The notes beneath the pieces were generated by a model. The model saw nothing but the letters and a program-made list of their open reading frames with translations, searched no databases and was not told the origin of the DNA. This document shows, piece by piece, positions 1 to 11,664 of a DNA stretch of 64,000 bases. The stretch covers positions 62,001 to 126,000 of the forward strand of contig NW_019029008.1 in the NCBI RefSeq assembly GCF_002105155.1, read 5' to 3'. Every line of letters starts with the position of its first letter. Within the stretch, counting starts at the first letter, position 1. The stretch comes from Lobosporangium transversale (lineage: Eukaryota). A program made the position numbers and the translations under genes.

Positions 1-882
1 GCTAGCTGCTGCTGCAACAGCAGCTTCAGTTTCATTGCGTTGTAGCTTTAAGAGATGACTAAGAACTCCTCCCTTGGATTTATTAAACCGACGATGAAGC
101 CCCTCTTGACCCGATTGATCAACACCGTTGTAGTAGTCTTCTTCAAGATGTGTAGTAATGTTCTCCTGCCTCTTTTTTTCATCGTGATAGTCTTCTGGTG
201 AAATCTCATCATGTTTTGAAGTGGGGTTAAAGTTTTCTTTTTCTTGCTCCACATATTTCAAATTTGCCTCGAGATCATCGTTGTCTCTCGCAGCTCTCTT
301 ATCCTGATCCAGCTTATAGTTCCGTCTAACTGTGAAGGCTCGCTTGATCGATGCAAGTCTCGATTTATCGCTGCTACCATTTCCTCCTGGCTGTATTCCA
401 GTTGCAATTGCATCTTCATCCCTGTCTCTGATGTCATTTGTTTTACTATCATTCATACTCGTGTCTCCCCCTGGGATTATTGTCATCTCTTGTAGTCTCT
501 GTTGTTCTTGATGCTGCTGCTGCTGTTGTTGATGTATCAACGATGGCAATGGCACAGTACCCGAGAAACTGCCTAATAGGTCTGGATCTTGAATAGCTCT
601 GGCATAGCGCTCGATACCCAGACTCAGTTTCCATAATTCAGTTTCAGAGAACCTCAACGGCGTCGATTCAAGAGTGGAGGAAGGAGATCCTGATGAGGCA
701 AAAAGGACGGTAGCAGGTGTATGCAGTCTACTATCTTCGAAAGGACTAGAAGAGGGAAATGCAAAACCAGAGGATGTCCCTCCAAGCACCTCTGGACTGT
801 TAAGTGCAATTGGTTGAATAGATTGGAGAAAGGATGTTGAAGTTGAAGTTGAAGTGGATGAGGAAGTGTCATCGCTTGTCAT
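1..882 (-). CDS. 5' part of a protein-coding gene running off the window (294 open codons); possibly Prm10/DUF1212-type membrane protein N-terminus
   Basis: Uninterrupted minus-strand frame from ATG at 882 (MTSDDTSSSTS...) to base 1, with no stop in the window so missing from the ORF track. Contains GGVLSHLLKL, reminiscent of a motif in fungal Prm10-like proteins; the family call is weak. Confidence 0.7.
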   Translation of the reverse strand, partial: MTSDDTSSSTSTSTSTSFLQSIQPIALNSPEVLGGTSSGFAFPSSSPFEDSRLHTPATVLFASSGSPSSTLESTPLRFSETELWKLSLGIERYARAIQDPDLLGSFSGTVPLPSLIHQQQQQQHQEQQRLQEMTIIPGGDTSMNDSKTNDIRDRDEDAIATGIQPGGNGSSDKSRLASIKRAFTVRRNYKLDQDKRAARDNDDLEANLKYVEQEKENFNPTSKHDEISPEDYHDEKKRQENITTHLEEDYYNGVDQSGQEGLHRRFNKSKGGVLSHLLKLQRNETEAAVAAAAS

Positions 883-1764
883 GATGTTAATGGTGATGGT
901 GGTGGCGGTGGTAGTGATGATGTCTTTGGATACCAATGTGCGTGGACTAGTAGGAATAAAGGGTATAGAGTGGACAGTGAAGGATGTGGGTATGAGTAGT
1001 TGACAAGACAGACAGGAAAAAAAAAAAGTAATCGCTTAAATTCTTTATTTTATTTTAACTTTTTTTTTTTTTGCTATGATCTGAGGAACTTAAGAGGTAC
1101 CTGGGTCCTATTTTAAAAAGGGCCAAAAGGGCTATATGAAGCAATGTTTGTGCCACCAATGGTGTTTTTATTTTTTTTATTATTTTTTTTTTTTATTTTT
1201 TTTTATTTTTTTTTATTTTTTTTTGTTTATGGCAGTATTATATGCGAAGATTAACATGCCAGTTAGATCTTTATACATGTAAACGAGGGTGAGACCATTA
1301 AACTTCATAAACTTCTTATTAGACTTTTGTTGCTTGAATGGATGCAGAAAGCGGAGCTCCAAAAGGAGATACTTTTCTAACTTCTAAGGAATGTAATTGG
1401 TTGTTTTCAAAAGAGCATCATACGCTCGGAACCTGGGCCTTGACTGGACCAAGTAGATGTGTATATATTTACTACAATATGGATATAATAAACGCTAATC
1501 TGAGCTTCGTTCATGCACTAAAAGCCTAGAACAAGAAAAAAAAAAGAAAAAAAAAAGTGAATGAAGAAAGGAGGAAAGATATTCGATGTCCAAATGAGGC
1601 AAGCAATGGGATTACCTGTGTACCTGAAAAAATGTCCCACGGTGTACGGTGTGGATAGCAATTGCTTGAAAGATAATGAAGTGGCTTTTTTTTAATTCGA
1701 CTCCTGGAGGTTTCATTGTCAAAGGTCTCATGCATGTTCATTCAGCATTCATTCATCCAAGTAA

Positions 1765-2988
1765 ATGACGATGTATCTCGGCGCATTTCGGGCAACACTA
1801 AGACGAACGGGCAATTGTGCTTTTTCTACAGGGACAAGGCAAGGAGAACGAGTTTGGCTTTCCAATTTTTTTTTTTTTTTTTTTTTTTTTAAAAACAATT
1901 ATCATCGTTATGATAACTATTGTAATCAAAATAATTCAAAGCTAACTTTTACAAGTCCATCTGAAAACTATCAGGGTGTTGTTGGCTGGAAGACCCAAAA
2001 TCTACACTAAAACGGGAGACAAAGGCACATCTGCTCTTTTTACTGGAGAACGCAGACCCAAAGATGACGTCGTCTTTGACGCGTTAGGTAATAACAGAGT
2101 TAGAACAATGTACTGTATACATTTTTGAAAAGCTGAGAAGAAAAAATTGTCCATGAACCTTGTTACTTAAACTTCTTTTTACTTTATCTCTTGAACACAG
2201 GCACAAACGACGAGCTGTCATCGTCAATCGGGTACGTGGGGTATTAGGTTTTGGATATTAAGATCGGATGACTTTAAATGTTTTAAAATACCAAAGAGTC
2301 GCTGTTTATTAAACAAGCATGTTTAGTGGATTGTTAATATTATTATTATTGTTAATATTTGCAACGGTGTAATATTATTAATCTGCTAGTTTGGCCCGTG
2401 AGTTCTGTTTGGATCAAGGTGAAGGGCTTAATGGGATGATCGGGCAACTGGAACAGATTCAATGTTTGTTACAGGATATCGGGTCCAATATTGCGACACC
2501 TCGGGACTCCGCTACAGCTCCACGTCTTGCCCGAACTGAATTTGATTCGGATGGCCAACATGTCCAGGATCTGGAGACCTGGATAGATACTATGGATCAG
2601 GAATTACCTCCGCTGACCAGCTTCATCCTTCCTGTAAGAGCGCGACTAAAATCGTTTATAATTCTATGACGTCGACGTTAACACTAATACTTTTTTTTTT
2701 TTTTTTTTTTTTTTGATTTGGATATAGTCTGGAGGCAAGGCTGCTGCTGCGCTTCATATTGCAAGATCTGTAAGTCGTCGGACTGAAAGAAGAGTCGTGC
2801 CGCTGGCGCAGGAACAAAGGGTCGATAAGAGTGTGGCTGTCTATTTGAACCGATTGAGCGACTATTTATTTACATGTGGACGATATGCTGCCATGAAGGC
2901 AGGTCGTCAAGAGGCTGTTTATAAAAAACCCAGAGCGCCGCGGGTTAAAAAAAATTCTTCAATTGCAACGGCATCAGAAGAAGAATAG
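1765..2988 (+). CDS. MMAB: ATP:cob(I)alamin adenosyltransferase (PduO/MMAB family), probably mitochondrial
   Basis: Exons ~1765-1838, 1975-2087, 2201-2231, 2390-2633, 2728-2988. Motifs [46 protein letters not shown] and [10 protein letters not shown]; Arg-rich N-terminal presequence-like peptide. Confidence 0.93.
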
Positions 2989-2991
2989 TTA

Positions 2992-2992
2992 C

Positions 2993-3027
<35 letters not shown>

Positions 3028-3032
3028 TAATA
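2992..3032. repeat. (AAT)n microsatellite between convergent genes
   Basis: Visible AATAATAAT run with one AAC interruption. Confidence 0.9.
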
Positions 3033-3128
3033 AAAAGGCGTATTACACTTGTGTGGAACAAATGAATGACGCAAAGTTGTCTTTATGTATTTCTCTAATA
3101 TGAGCTTCTTATTACAATTAAGGTGTCT

Positions 3129-4240
3129 CTAAGCCTTTGCTGAAACGGGTTCACTATTTGTGGTTTCTGGGATGGTCTCCTTAAAGAAACTCAGCAGATC
3201 TCGAAGTTCTTGAGGGCAAGAGCTATGTCCCATATTACGGTAAGTGTTGAATCTAACGTTGAACTTGTGTTTTTTCAACAATTCCACAGACTGTTGGCCA
3301 TATTCATATCGGACCACAGGATCCTGATCACCATGTCCCCAGAAGATAGGAGTCTTTCTGTTGGCATCTGAAGCCATATTCATGATCTTCCCATGCAAAG
3401 GCATATATCCGCTCAAGGAGACGATTCCTGCAAATTTGTATTCAGAAGTCAATCCTAGCAAGAGCCCCATCACACAACCTTGAGAGAATCCGCCAATGAC
3501 AATCCGGTTTGCGGGAATACCATTCTGTTCAACTTCTTCTCGGATGATTTCCATCGCTTTTTTTTTTTTTTTTTTTTTTTTTAAATAAAAAATAAAAGAG
3601 TTTGCTAATTAGAAGAGTAAAAAGATAAGAAATAAAAGAGATTGAAGAACTCATGGTATATTATCTCTTTAGCTAACCTTGTTGACGTGACTTGAACATG
3701 CCCTCCTCATCCTGCTCCTGGTCAACATTGGCCAATGACTTGATGTCATACCAAGATGGCATCTTCATGCCATAGTTCAAAGTCACAGGCATCGAGGGCG
3801 CATTAGGGAAAATAAACTTGACATGGGGAAGATGCTCTCCCAACTATCGAAATGAGTCAAACCTCCTTTTAATATAACATTCCGGTAATATCTCTTCATG
3901 AATGATATTGTTCAAAATTCCTTTGTATATATTTCAGTAAGGTATTTTCTAGATTACCTGTTCTCCAACCGGTGCCCTATGAAGATTTCAAAGACAGGAA
4001 GAGAGAGGAAGGAGGGAAACCAAGATCAATTAAAAGCCAAACGGACAGGAATCGCTTGTTGTGAATGCATCGGGCTGGATAAATATTATTTTTCTATTTA
4101 TTCGATTTTATTTTTGAAATAAAAGATACTTACCATCCCTCACCAGAGTCGCCGAGTCCGTGAAAGAAGATGACAGTGGCAGTGTGCTTGGCACTGGCCT
4201 TGTGAATGACTGAAGTCAACTTTTGGAGTGAGGATGCCAT
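3129..4240 (-). CDS. Acyl-protein thioesterase / lysophospholipase (alpha/beta hydrolase)
   Basis: Spliced gene starting [13 protein letters not shown]...[13 protein letters not shown]. Contains FIFPNAP...MPSWYDI, nucleophile GGFSQG, GHGDQD and catalytic His in MGHSS. Confidence 0.93.
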
Positions 4241-4804
4241 GATGATTGCTCGAATTAATAAACAGAAAATGAGAGAAAAAATGAATTGATTGAATGTTTT
4301 CATTAGAGCGTTTTTATCCAGGGTTCTTTAAAATTAAAAGCGATCGAGATTTTCTTTTTTTTTTTTTTATCCATTTGGAACACATGACTTCACTCGAAAT
4401 TTCTTGATGATGTTCATAAAAGGATATTTCAGTTAAGTACCTGAAGCTATCTGGATGCTCTAGGATGTGATCACTATGACAGCTCTTGCCTGCAGTTGAT
4501 GATACCAATGAATGACCTTGAACCACAAGTCTATCTCCATCGTAAAGAAACAAATCTTTTTTTTTTTTTTTTTTTTTTTTTTATATTAATACTGTTAGAG
4601 ATAATAGAAAGTAAACATGCTGCTAGGCCTTTCAGCTTCTCTATTGTCTAGTTTTTGTTTGCAGGACTGCTTGGCATGTCCCTAACTAATGAGACTACAA
4701 CTGAATTGGATCGAAAACTTTGTATCCAGATAATAATAGTTAGAAGGGTGTAGGTACATATTATGAATGCCAACTTTTCTTTAGCACCCAAAGTGACTAA
4801 ATGT

Positions 4805-4843
<39 letters not shown>

Positions 4844-5276
4844 CAAATACTACATTTTCCTTTACAACTCGGGCAAATATGGGGCTCAGGCTCATTGAGC
4901 CATCAATTGCTCAAGTGAAGGCCATCATCCATAGCATGGATAATAAAAACCAATTCTATGTTAAAGCATATGGTCGGTTTCGAACGCTAGTGAATATCTC
5001 TTCTCTATGCCAAATTGACAAAAAACACAATAAAAAAGCTGGGGATATAGTTTTCTTGACATTGATTATACGCGAGCGGAATAGGACTCGTGTATGAAAA
5101 AGGAGGAAACAGCATAGGATTGGAATTTGTATTTGATCCGCGCGGTCATCTTTCTTATCCATTAATTGGAAATTGTCAATATCAAGAGCCGCATTATTTC
5201 CGTAACGCTGAATTATCTGCCATGATCTTCGAACATTGACCCTTTTTTGTTTAAAAAAAAAAAAAAAAAACAACCA

Positions 5277-5416
5277 CGTAAAAGTGATGATGGCTCCCTT
5301 GCCATTTAATAATATACTTTATCGGAATCTCAAGTTCATTGAGACCAGTGATCTGTACTCGCGACAGGTTCTGTAGCCATCTATATCATCCATAGTTTTT
5401 GGGGACCTGATTTATG
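5277..5416 (+). ncRNA. Candidate box C/D snoRNA (orphan)
   Basis: CGTAAA-A-GTGATGA (box C, 5284-5290) ... CTGA (box D, 5407-5410)-TTTATG. The terminal stem plus 3-nt bulge fits k-turn geometry; internal hairpins are present. Confidence 0.35.
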
Positions 5417-5576
5417 AGAATCAACGGAACAGAAAATATACTCTTATTTGAATATGTCAAAGTCGCGATGAGAGTGGAGTTTTTATTAGAATCTCTTTTT
5501 TTTTAATGACAAGCGTGTAAAGGTAGAAAAAAATCTATCAATAACGTTTTGAGTTGACTTTGAATCGTTTGATCGT

Positions 5577-6045
5577 TTAAAGTGCTTGAGCTCTGTTGGC
5601 GTTGTACTTGAGGTAGTACTCCGTGCGAGTGTTGCGGTTAGCGAGAGCAACCTTGTACCAGTAGCCATAAGCAGCGACACTTAAAAAAAAAAAAAAAAAG
5701 GTTAACGTGTAAAATGTTAGCATCGGATTAATTCATTATAAATTACGGATACTCCTGAAGAAATAATTGAAATGACATGTTGCTGGTTTTCTGATTTCTG
5801 GTTTTAAATGTTGCCATGTAAGACACAGATTTTTGTGATACTGCAGATTTAATAGATGTCGGATTCTTCCTGTTCGGGAAAAGACAGATCCGAGACTAGA
5901 TTGTATTGTAGTGCAAAATCTTTTTTTTTTTTTTTATTGAACAAAAATAAAGAACATAAATGAGGACGTACGTTCCAAAGGTAAGAGAGAAGCCAATATG
6001 GCTCAACATGGACTTTGCAAGGAGGTTTTGAACAGGAGCAACCAT
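5577..6045 (-). CDS. COX9: Cytochrome c oxidase subunit VIIa/VIc-like (Cox9), 58 aa
   Basis: Exons 6045-5972 and 5679-5577, GT-AG intron in phase. Product MVAPVQNLLAKSMLSHIGFSLTFGTVAAYGYWYKVALANRNTRTEYYLKYNANRAQAL has a single TM and the layout of yeast Cox9. Confidence 0.82.
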
Positions 6046-6195
6046 TTTTTAGAATTCGGTGGAGTTGATGTGATGAAAGAAAAAGAAATTTATTCATTTC
6101 TTTCCGATGTTGAATGTGCTCAATTAAGAGCGGCACAATTAATGCCTAAATTACGTCACCGAGGATGCGCTCCTGCTTGTTATTAGTAACAAGGG

Positions 6196-6360
6196 CCGAT
6201 CCCAGAAATCCTTATAATCGTTGGCGACTCTCTAACCAAAAACGGCATTTTACGCTGTGTCAGTGTCTCCAAGTCTTTCCACAGCACGCTCGTCAAATCT
6301 ACTTGGCAAAGGATTGACGAGCGTACTTTGGAAAGTCTTGGAGACGTAGATTTAGTGTAA
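6196..6360 (+). pseudogene. Isolated F-box-like fragment
   Basis: PIPEILIIVGDSLTKNGILRCVSVSKSFHSTLVKSTW, similar to the fragment at 17895; no start codon and an early stop. Confidence 0.55.
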
Positions 6361-6556
6361 AATGCCATTTTTATCTAGGGCATTGCCGACGATTGAAAGG
6401 ATCTCTAGGATTGACAATCATATAAAGAGATAGCGGAGCAAGGTCAAGACTAAAAGACTAGCTGCTATTTCTTTATATCAGCCAAAAGAAATAAAAATGT
6501 AATATTTTCATTTCGATTGCGTTTTCATTTTCGTATTATTCTCCTCCTCCTTCCTT

Positions 6557-6589
<33 letters not shown>

Positions 6590-6607
6590 ACTGACACCTT
6601 CAGCGCT

Positions 6608-6955
6608 ATGAGGCAGCATGAGGCAGTAAGAGTGATACGTGATACCTATGTTGTTTTCTGTGATGAAGCCCCTCTGCAGCACAGGCACTGCTTGAAGGCT
6701 GTGGATAGGCTGCTTCAAGATATCATGAGACTCAAAGATACTCCGTTTGGCGGCAAGATAGTTGTGTTTAGCGGTGATTTCAGACAGGTACTTTGAGTTG
6801 TCATCCGCGGGACGCAGGCTCAGATCGAGGATGGATCTTTGAAAAGATCTTGTATTTGGTCTTCGGTGACAACACTCAAGCCAATCGAGAATATGCGGGT
6901 TCACAGCCACCCTGAGAATCAAGCATATGTTGAATGGCTACTTCATATCAGTGGA
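6608..6955 (+). mobile_element. Degenerate Helitron PIF1-like helicase fragment
   Basis: DEAPLQHRHCLKAVDRLLQDIM...PFGGKIVVFSGDFRQVL*VVIRG...NMRV...EWLLHI: PIF1/Helitron helicase motifs II-IV with an in-frame stop. Confidence 0.85.
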
Positions 6956-7564
6956 ATAGAACCAATGGTTAGCTTCGGGCCTCATGAGCACGGCACTAAA
7001 TGTTGCTTCATGACACAGCTACGCTCCCTTTACCTAACGGGATAGGACTTCAGGGATAGGGAAGACGGGCCCTGGGCTAGAGACTTAGAGTAGGTCTGAA
7101 TGAACTAAAGTCTACACACCCTAATGTTCGTATATAATGGTCGCCAGCGAATGCAATTTGAGGAGGTGACATGGATTATGAGCAATTGGCCGAGCATCAG
7201 ATATTTGTGTGGTCAATTGGATTTAGTCAATCGCTCTCCTCAGATGCCATGTCAAGAAAAATAGAAGCGCAAACATAAAAGCTTTATTTGTATAGGAAAT
7301 GTTCATTTTTATTATTCATATGATTACAATGTCCCTAAAAAAAAAATATGTTGAATCAAATGACAAATTGTCATTCTAATTCAACATTGATCTTTTAGAT
7401 CATTGAAATCCATGATCCCGATCTACAGCTCGAATAAAATCTCTTCTCATTGTATATTCATCTATACATTATTATATCAAAAAGAATAAGAAACAAGGTC
7501 AGAATTTCCTTTTTTTTTTTTTGATCCGATAGGATTCAATTGAGGAGTCTTATTTTGTTGATTG

Positions 7565-7645
7565 TCAGAAAAAATTGTTAAAGGTAGCTAGGTTTTTTTC
7601 GTCAGTGTGTAAAAAACACATACAGCCAAATGCCAGGTTCATCAT
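7565..7645 (-). ncRNA. Box C/D snoRNA, snR13-like (copy 2)
   Basis: Minus strand ATGATGA...GGCATTTGGCT...GCTACCTT...CTGA with flanking stem ATTTTGTT/AACAAAAT. The two antisense blocks pair with conserved LSU rRNA AAGGUAGCCAAAUGCC. Confidence 0.85.
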
Positions 7646-7848
7646 AAACAAAATACAAAGGGTAAAATCAATTGAACGGAGAAAAAAAAGATATACATAC
7701 CATAGAGATAGTGAATACATGATTGAGGGGATTAAGAAAAAAACCTAAAAAAGATCAGAATAAATTTACCATCAGTTTTTTTTTTTTTTTTTTTTTCTTT
7801 GTACGTCGACATGAGACTGATGTGATTCGGATGAAGATTTTTGAATTG

Positions 7849-7928
7849 TCAGAATAAATGTTAAAGGTAGCTAGGTTTTTTTCGTCAGTGTGCAGAATGC
7901 ACATACAGCCAAATGCCAGGTTCATCAT
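7849..7928 (-). ncRNA. Box C/D snoRNA, snR13-like (copy 1)
   Basis: Same boxes and antisense elements as 7565-7645; flanking stem GATTTTGAA/TTCAAAAATC; internal hairpin TGTGCA..TGCACA. Confidence 0.85.
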
Positions 7929-8888
7929 TTCAAAATCTTACATCTTGAGATCAAAATTATTGTTTTTTCTTGTTTTCTTTTTATTTTTAAATACATACCA
8001 TGTCACATAATAGAACGCCGGTGTTTGTCTTTGGAAAAGTGCAATTAACACGTGTTAATTACCCTCTTGACCAAATCCACCAGCGAACTGATAAATACAA
8101 AAGATTAGGTGTAAAAGGAAAAGGCGAAGGAGAAAGGAAAGGTGCAGAAAATTTTTTTCCAAAAAACAAAAAAACAACAGCATATTTATTCAGGCTGACA
8201 CAACTCCGCCATTTTTCATGTAGAAAAAAGCCACCATAGAATTTATTCCATAATTTTTATGCTCAGTTAATATCATGATGTGCTCCTTCGACTGACGGCT
8301 TTCTTTGGATGAACATCCTCAGTAGTATAAGTAAAGCCACTCGTTTCAAGGCTAATTGGGTCTGCTCCACTTGGAATCAGTAGCATGTGTCGAAGCGTAA
8401 ATATTCCGAGTAGCTCTAGCATTTTCAAACAAAAATCGAGATCTATGGTTATATAATGAATGGAATTGGACAAAGCCTGATGACTTGCCTATGAACTGGC
8501 GGTGCTGGCTACACCACCACAGTCGTCTCAATCGCGTCTTTCCTTGTGAAACTTCGTTTCTCAATAGAGCTAGATGAGAATAATAAAAAAAGATCAACGT
8601 TGTTAACCCATTATAGGAGACTACCTTCCTAGAAGAAATGTGGGATATGATAGTCAGATCGCTTGCCGGTTAATAGCAAGCCTGGTCACAAGGAAAGTGA
8701 GTTATTATTGGAATCACCATCCGTTGCATGTAAAACAGTGAATTCAATTCAGGAACACTATTTCTGCACGTGCTTCAATTAAGAAAAAAAAAAGCCACCA
8801 AATACTCACCACTCTTGGAACAACTAACTCCTTTACTTTCACTCCAGATATAACCAGCGGCACTTTTCCCTAATAGTATAGCAACTAA

Positions 8889-9171
8889 ATGAGCAATGAC
8901 ATAACTGACCCATCAGACTGGCCTACAGAGTATGCCAGTCTTCGAGAAATCGATTCACATCTGCGTTGTCCCATTTGTAAAGAGATGCTCAGGGCAGCTG
9001 TCATGTTACAGTGCCACCATAACTTTTGCTCTGAATGCATCCGACGCCACCTCGACAAGGAGTCCAACTGTCCTGCCTGTAGAATCCCAACCTCAACTTC
9101 TCAAATGCGTCGGAATGTTGCACTCGATGAAATCGCTAACAACTTTAAGGACTGCAGGTATTATTATTTTT

Positions 9172-9209
<38 letters not shown>

Positions 9210-9641
9210 CGTGAAAATATTTTTTGGTGGCAATCGCAGAGACTCGCAAGCTGACGCTCTATATAACAGGTCAAAGCTCCTGAGGATTTTGATGGAAAGT
9301 TTAGAACCAAAGAGAAATACTTCACAACAGCATGGACCTCTATCTCGTTCAAATAGTATGGAAATCGATGATGTTGCCCTGCAACAGAAGAGACGGCGGA
9401 CATCAGCCAGGATGAGTCCCACCAATAAGTCTGCACCCAAAATAAGCAACGACGGCAGTAGTAATTGTAGTCAAGATCCAAATAATATGAATATGGACCT
9501 CAGCCTAGCTGATGATGATAATGATGATAGGGACGGAGACTTTGTCGATGTATCGTCACATGAATCTACGTCCCACCATAAAGGAAAACATGTCACTCGT
9601 TCTTCAGGTTTGTTTCTCTTCTTTTCATTATTATATATAAA

Positions 9642-9684
<43 letters not shown>

Positions 9685-10538
9685 TATTATCTGACCAAGC
9701 ATTGATGCTACGGACTTTCGTTAACGAAATATCAATATCACAATATTCATGTTATGCGGGACTAACTATCTTCAAAAAAAAAAAAAAAAAAAAAAAATAG
9801 GACCAGTTCTTCGATCAAGGATACCACGTTCATCCAATGCAAGTACTCCGCTAGAATTATCGAATAATACCGCTCCAGCTCCCGAGTTAGTATCTTCAAC
9901 GCTACCAGATTTTGGACCTTCAAACTCAGCCTCAGGTGCACCAACGACATCAGTACCAGGATCAGTATTGTCTAAACCATCCACGCTTGTAGCTTGCCCA
10001 ATATGTGGGAACGGAATTCCATTTACATACACCAACACTCATCTAGATAACTACTGCTTGCTGAAGCAAAACGATCCAAACTATACAATTCCATATAAGG
10101 TCATCATCACACAAAAATCTGACATTATTGCACTCTATGAAAAATGTGGGGCTTCAGGGAAGAGTATTTCTAATGCCACAGCCAATACCTCAACATCAGT
10201 ATCCATCAGTTCAACAACGCCGGGAGGATCACCACGACGTACCAATGATAGTCAAATTTCTCCAGGGTTATCATTCAATTCGAACGGCGGCAAGAAACCA
10301 GTAGCAACATACCCGGAACCAAAGAGGTTTGTGAAGCAATAGATTCATAGCTATTGTGCGATGCTGCTTTATATAGATATGCCCCTGATCAGCATCTGTA
10401 TACACATAGGATCCCAAAGTTGACATATAGTATTCTCAACGACAAACAACTTCGAAAGAAATTGCAAGTATGTGTTTATGAAATGTATGAAGTTGTTTCA
10501 GCGAATGAAAAACTTTATACCTGCTCACTTCGATGGTA

Positions 10539-10573
<35 letters not shown>

Positions 10574-11121
10574 CGATTATATATGTTAAATAACAATAGG
10601 AGCTGGGACTTCCAACTCATGGTGACAAACAGTTGATGCAAAAGCGACATGCGGAATATGTCACTATTTATAATGCAAACTGTGATGCAACGAGACCGCA
10701 AACTCAGGCACAACTGATGAAGGCCATGGAGGTTTGGGAACGTTCATATGAAAAGGATATGCAGACAAGAGAAGCTCAAAGAAGAGCATTGGAACAGCAA
10801 CAACAAATTCAACAAAAGGAACTGGCTCAACAGAAAAAGAAAGAGGAAGAGCGCGCTGCAACAGAAAACGATACGGAACCAGGCACCCCAACGCTATCCT
10901 CATCCCAATCAAGCAGTCAGAACGGAGGTTCAAATCATGTAAATAATGATGCGGTCGCGGTCGCAGTTGCTACAGCATCTGCATTTGCACATGCACTCAA
11001 GTATGCAGATGAATATGCAGAGTTGATTGCGGACGTAAAGAAGCGGATGCAGGCTGACAAGGAAAAGAAGACATTAGAGGACAACCAGCAGGCGCAGATG
11101 CGGACACAGCCAAACTCATAA
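8889..11121 (+). CDS. RAD18: Postreplication repair E3 ubiquitin ligase Rad18
   Basis: Exons ~8889-9157, 9270-9607, 9801-10326, 10410-10467, 10600-11121. RING (CPICKE..CHHNFCSECI..CPAC), UBZ4 finger (VACPICG..NTHLDNYC), SAP domain (IPKLTYSILNDKQLRKKLQELGLPTHG) and YNANCD. Confidence 0.93.
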
Positions 11122-11457
11122 AGAAACAATATTAATAAAACAAAAAAATAAAAATAAAAATAAAGTAAACAAGGTTGAGATATCTTAAAATATAATTTGT
11201 TGAAAGTCCCCAAGTAGTTGCAGACTGTGATCCCTGGATTACAATCAATAATGCCAAACCTTTTAAATTTCACGAAATCAAATTCATGATGATAAATAAA
11301 AGGTATAAATAATAACAATACTAGTATAAAAGAATTCCTTTTCCTTCAATAGATCAGATCAATCTAGTTCCATTTGTCAATTGATGGCTATAGTAAATTT
11401 GTTTTTTAATGGTCAGAGTCGATATATGCTCCATGAGTTTATTCAGATACGAGAAAC

Positions 11458-11626
11458 TTAAACTCTATACAAACGATAAAAGAAAATGTTAAAGATTCAT
11501 AAGAAAGATCGTTAGTGGATGTTCTGTAAGTTTTTTGTTCACTGAAAAATAAAAAAAGTTCTTCAAAAACATTTTTTTTTTTTCATACCTGGAAGGGTAC
11601 ATCATCTGTAAAAAAAACGAAATTAA

Positions 11627-11664
<38 letters not shown>

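Larger units (their letters stand above)
7283..8060 (-). ncRNA. Putative non-coding snoRNA host gene (ends approximate)
   Basis: GTATGT donors at 7998 and 7700, TAG acceptor at 7745 defining a 44-nt exon (7744-7701), further acceptor near 7335. Each intron holds one snoRNA; the spliced exons give only a ~21-codon ORF. Confidence 0.6.

Noticed and set aside
7561..7930. ~85 bp direct repeat as a CRISPR-like or transposon repeat
   Set aside because: Only two copies, explained as snoRNAs; eukaryotic context.
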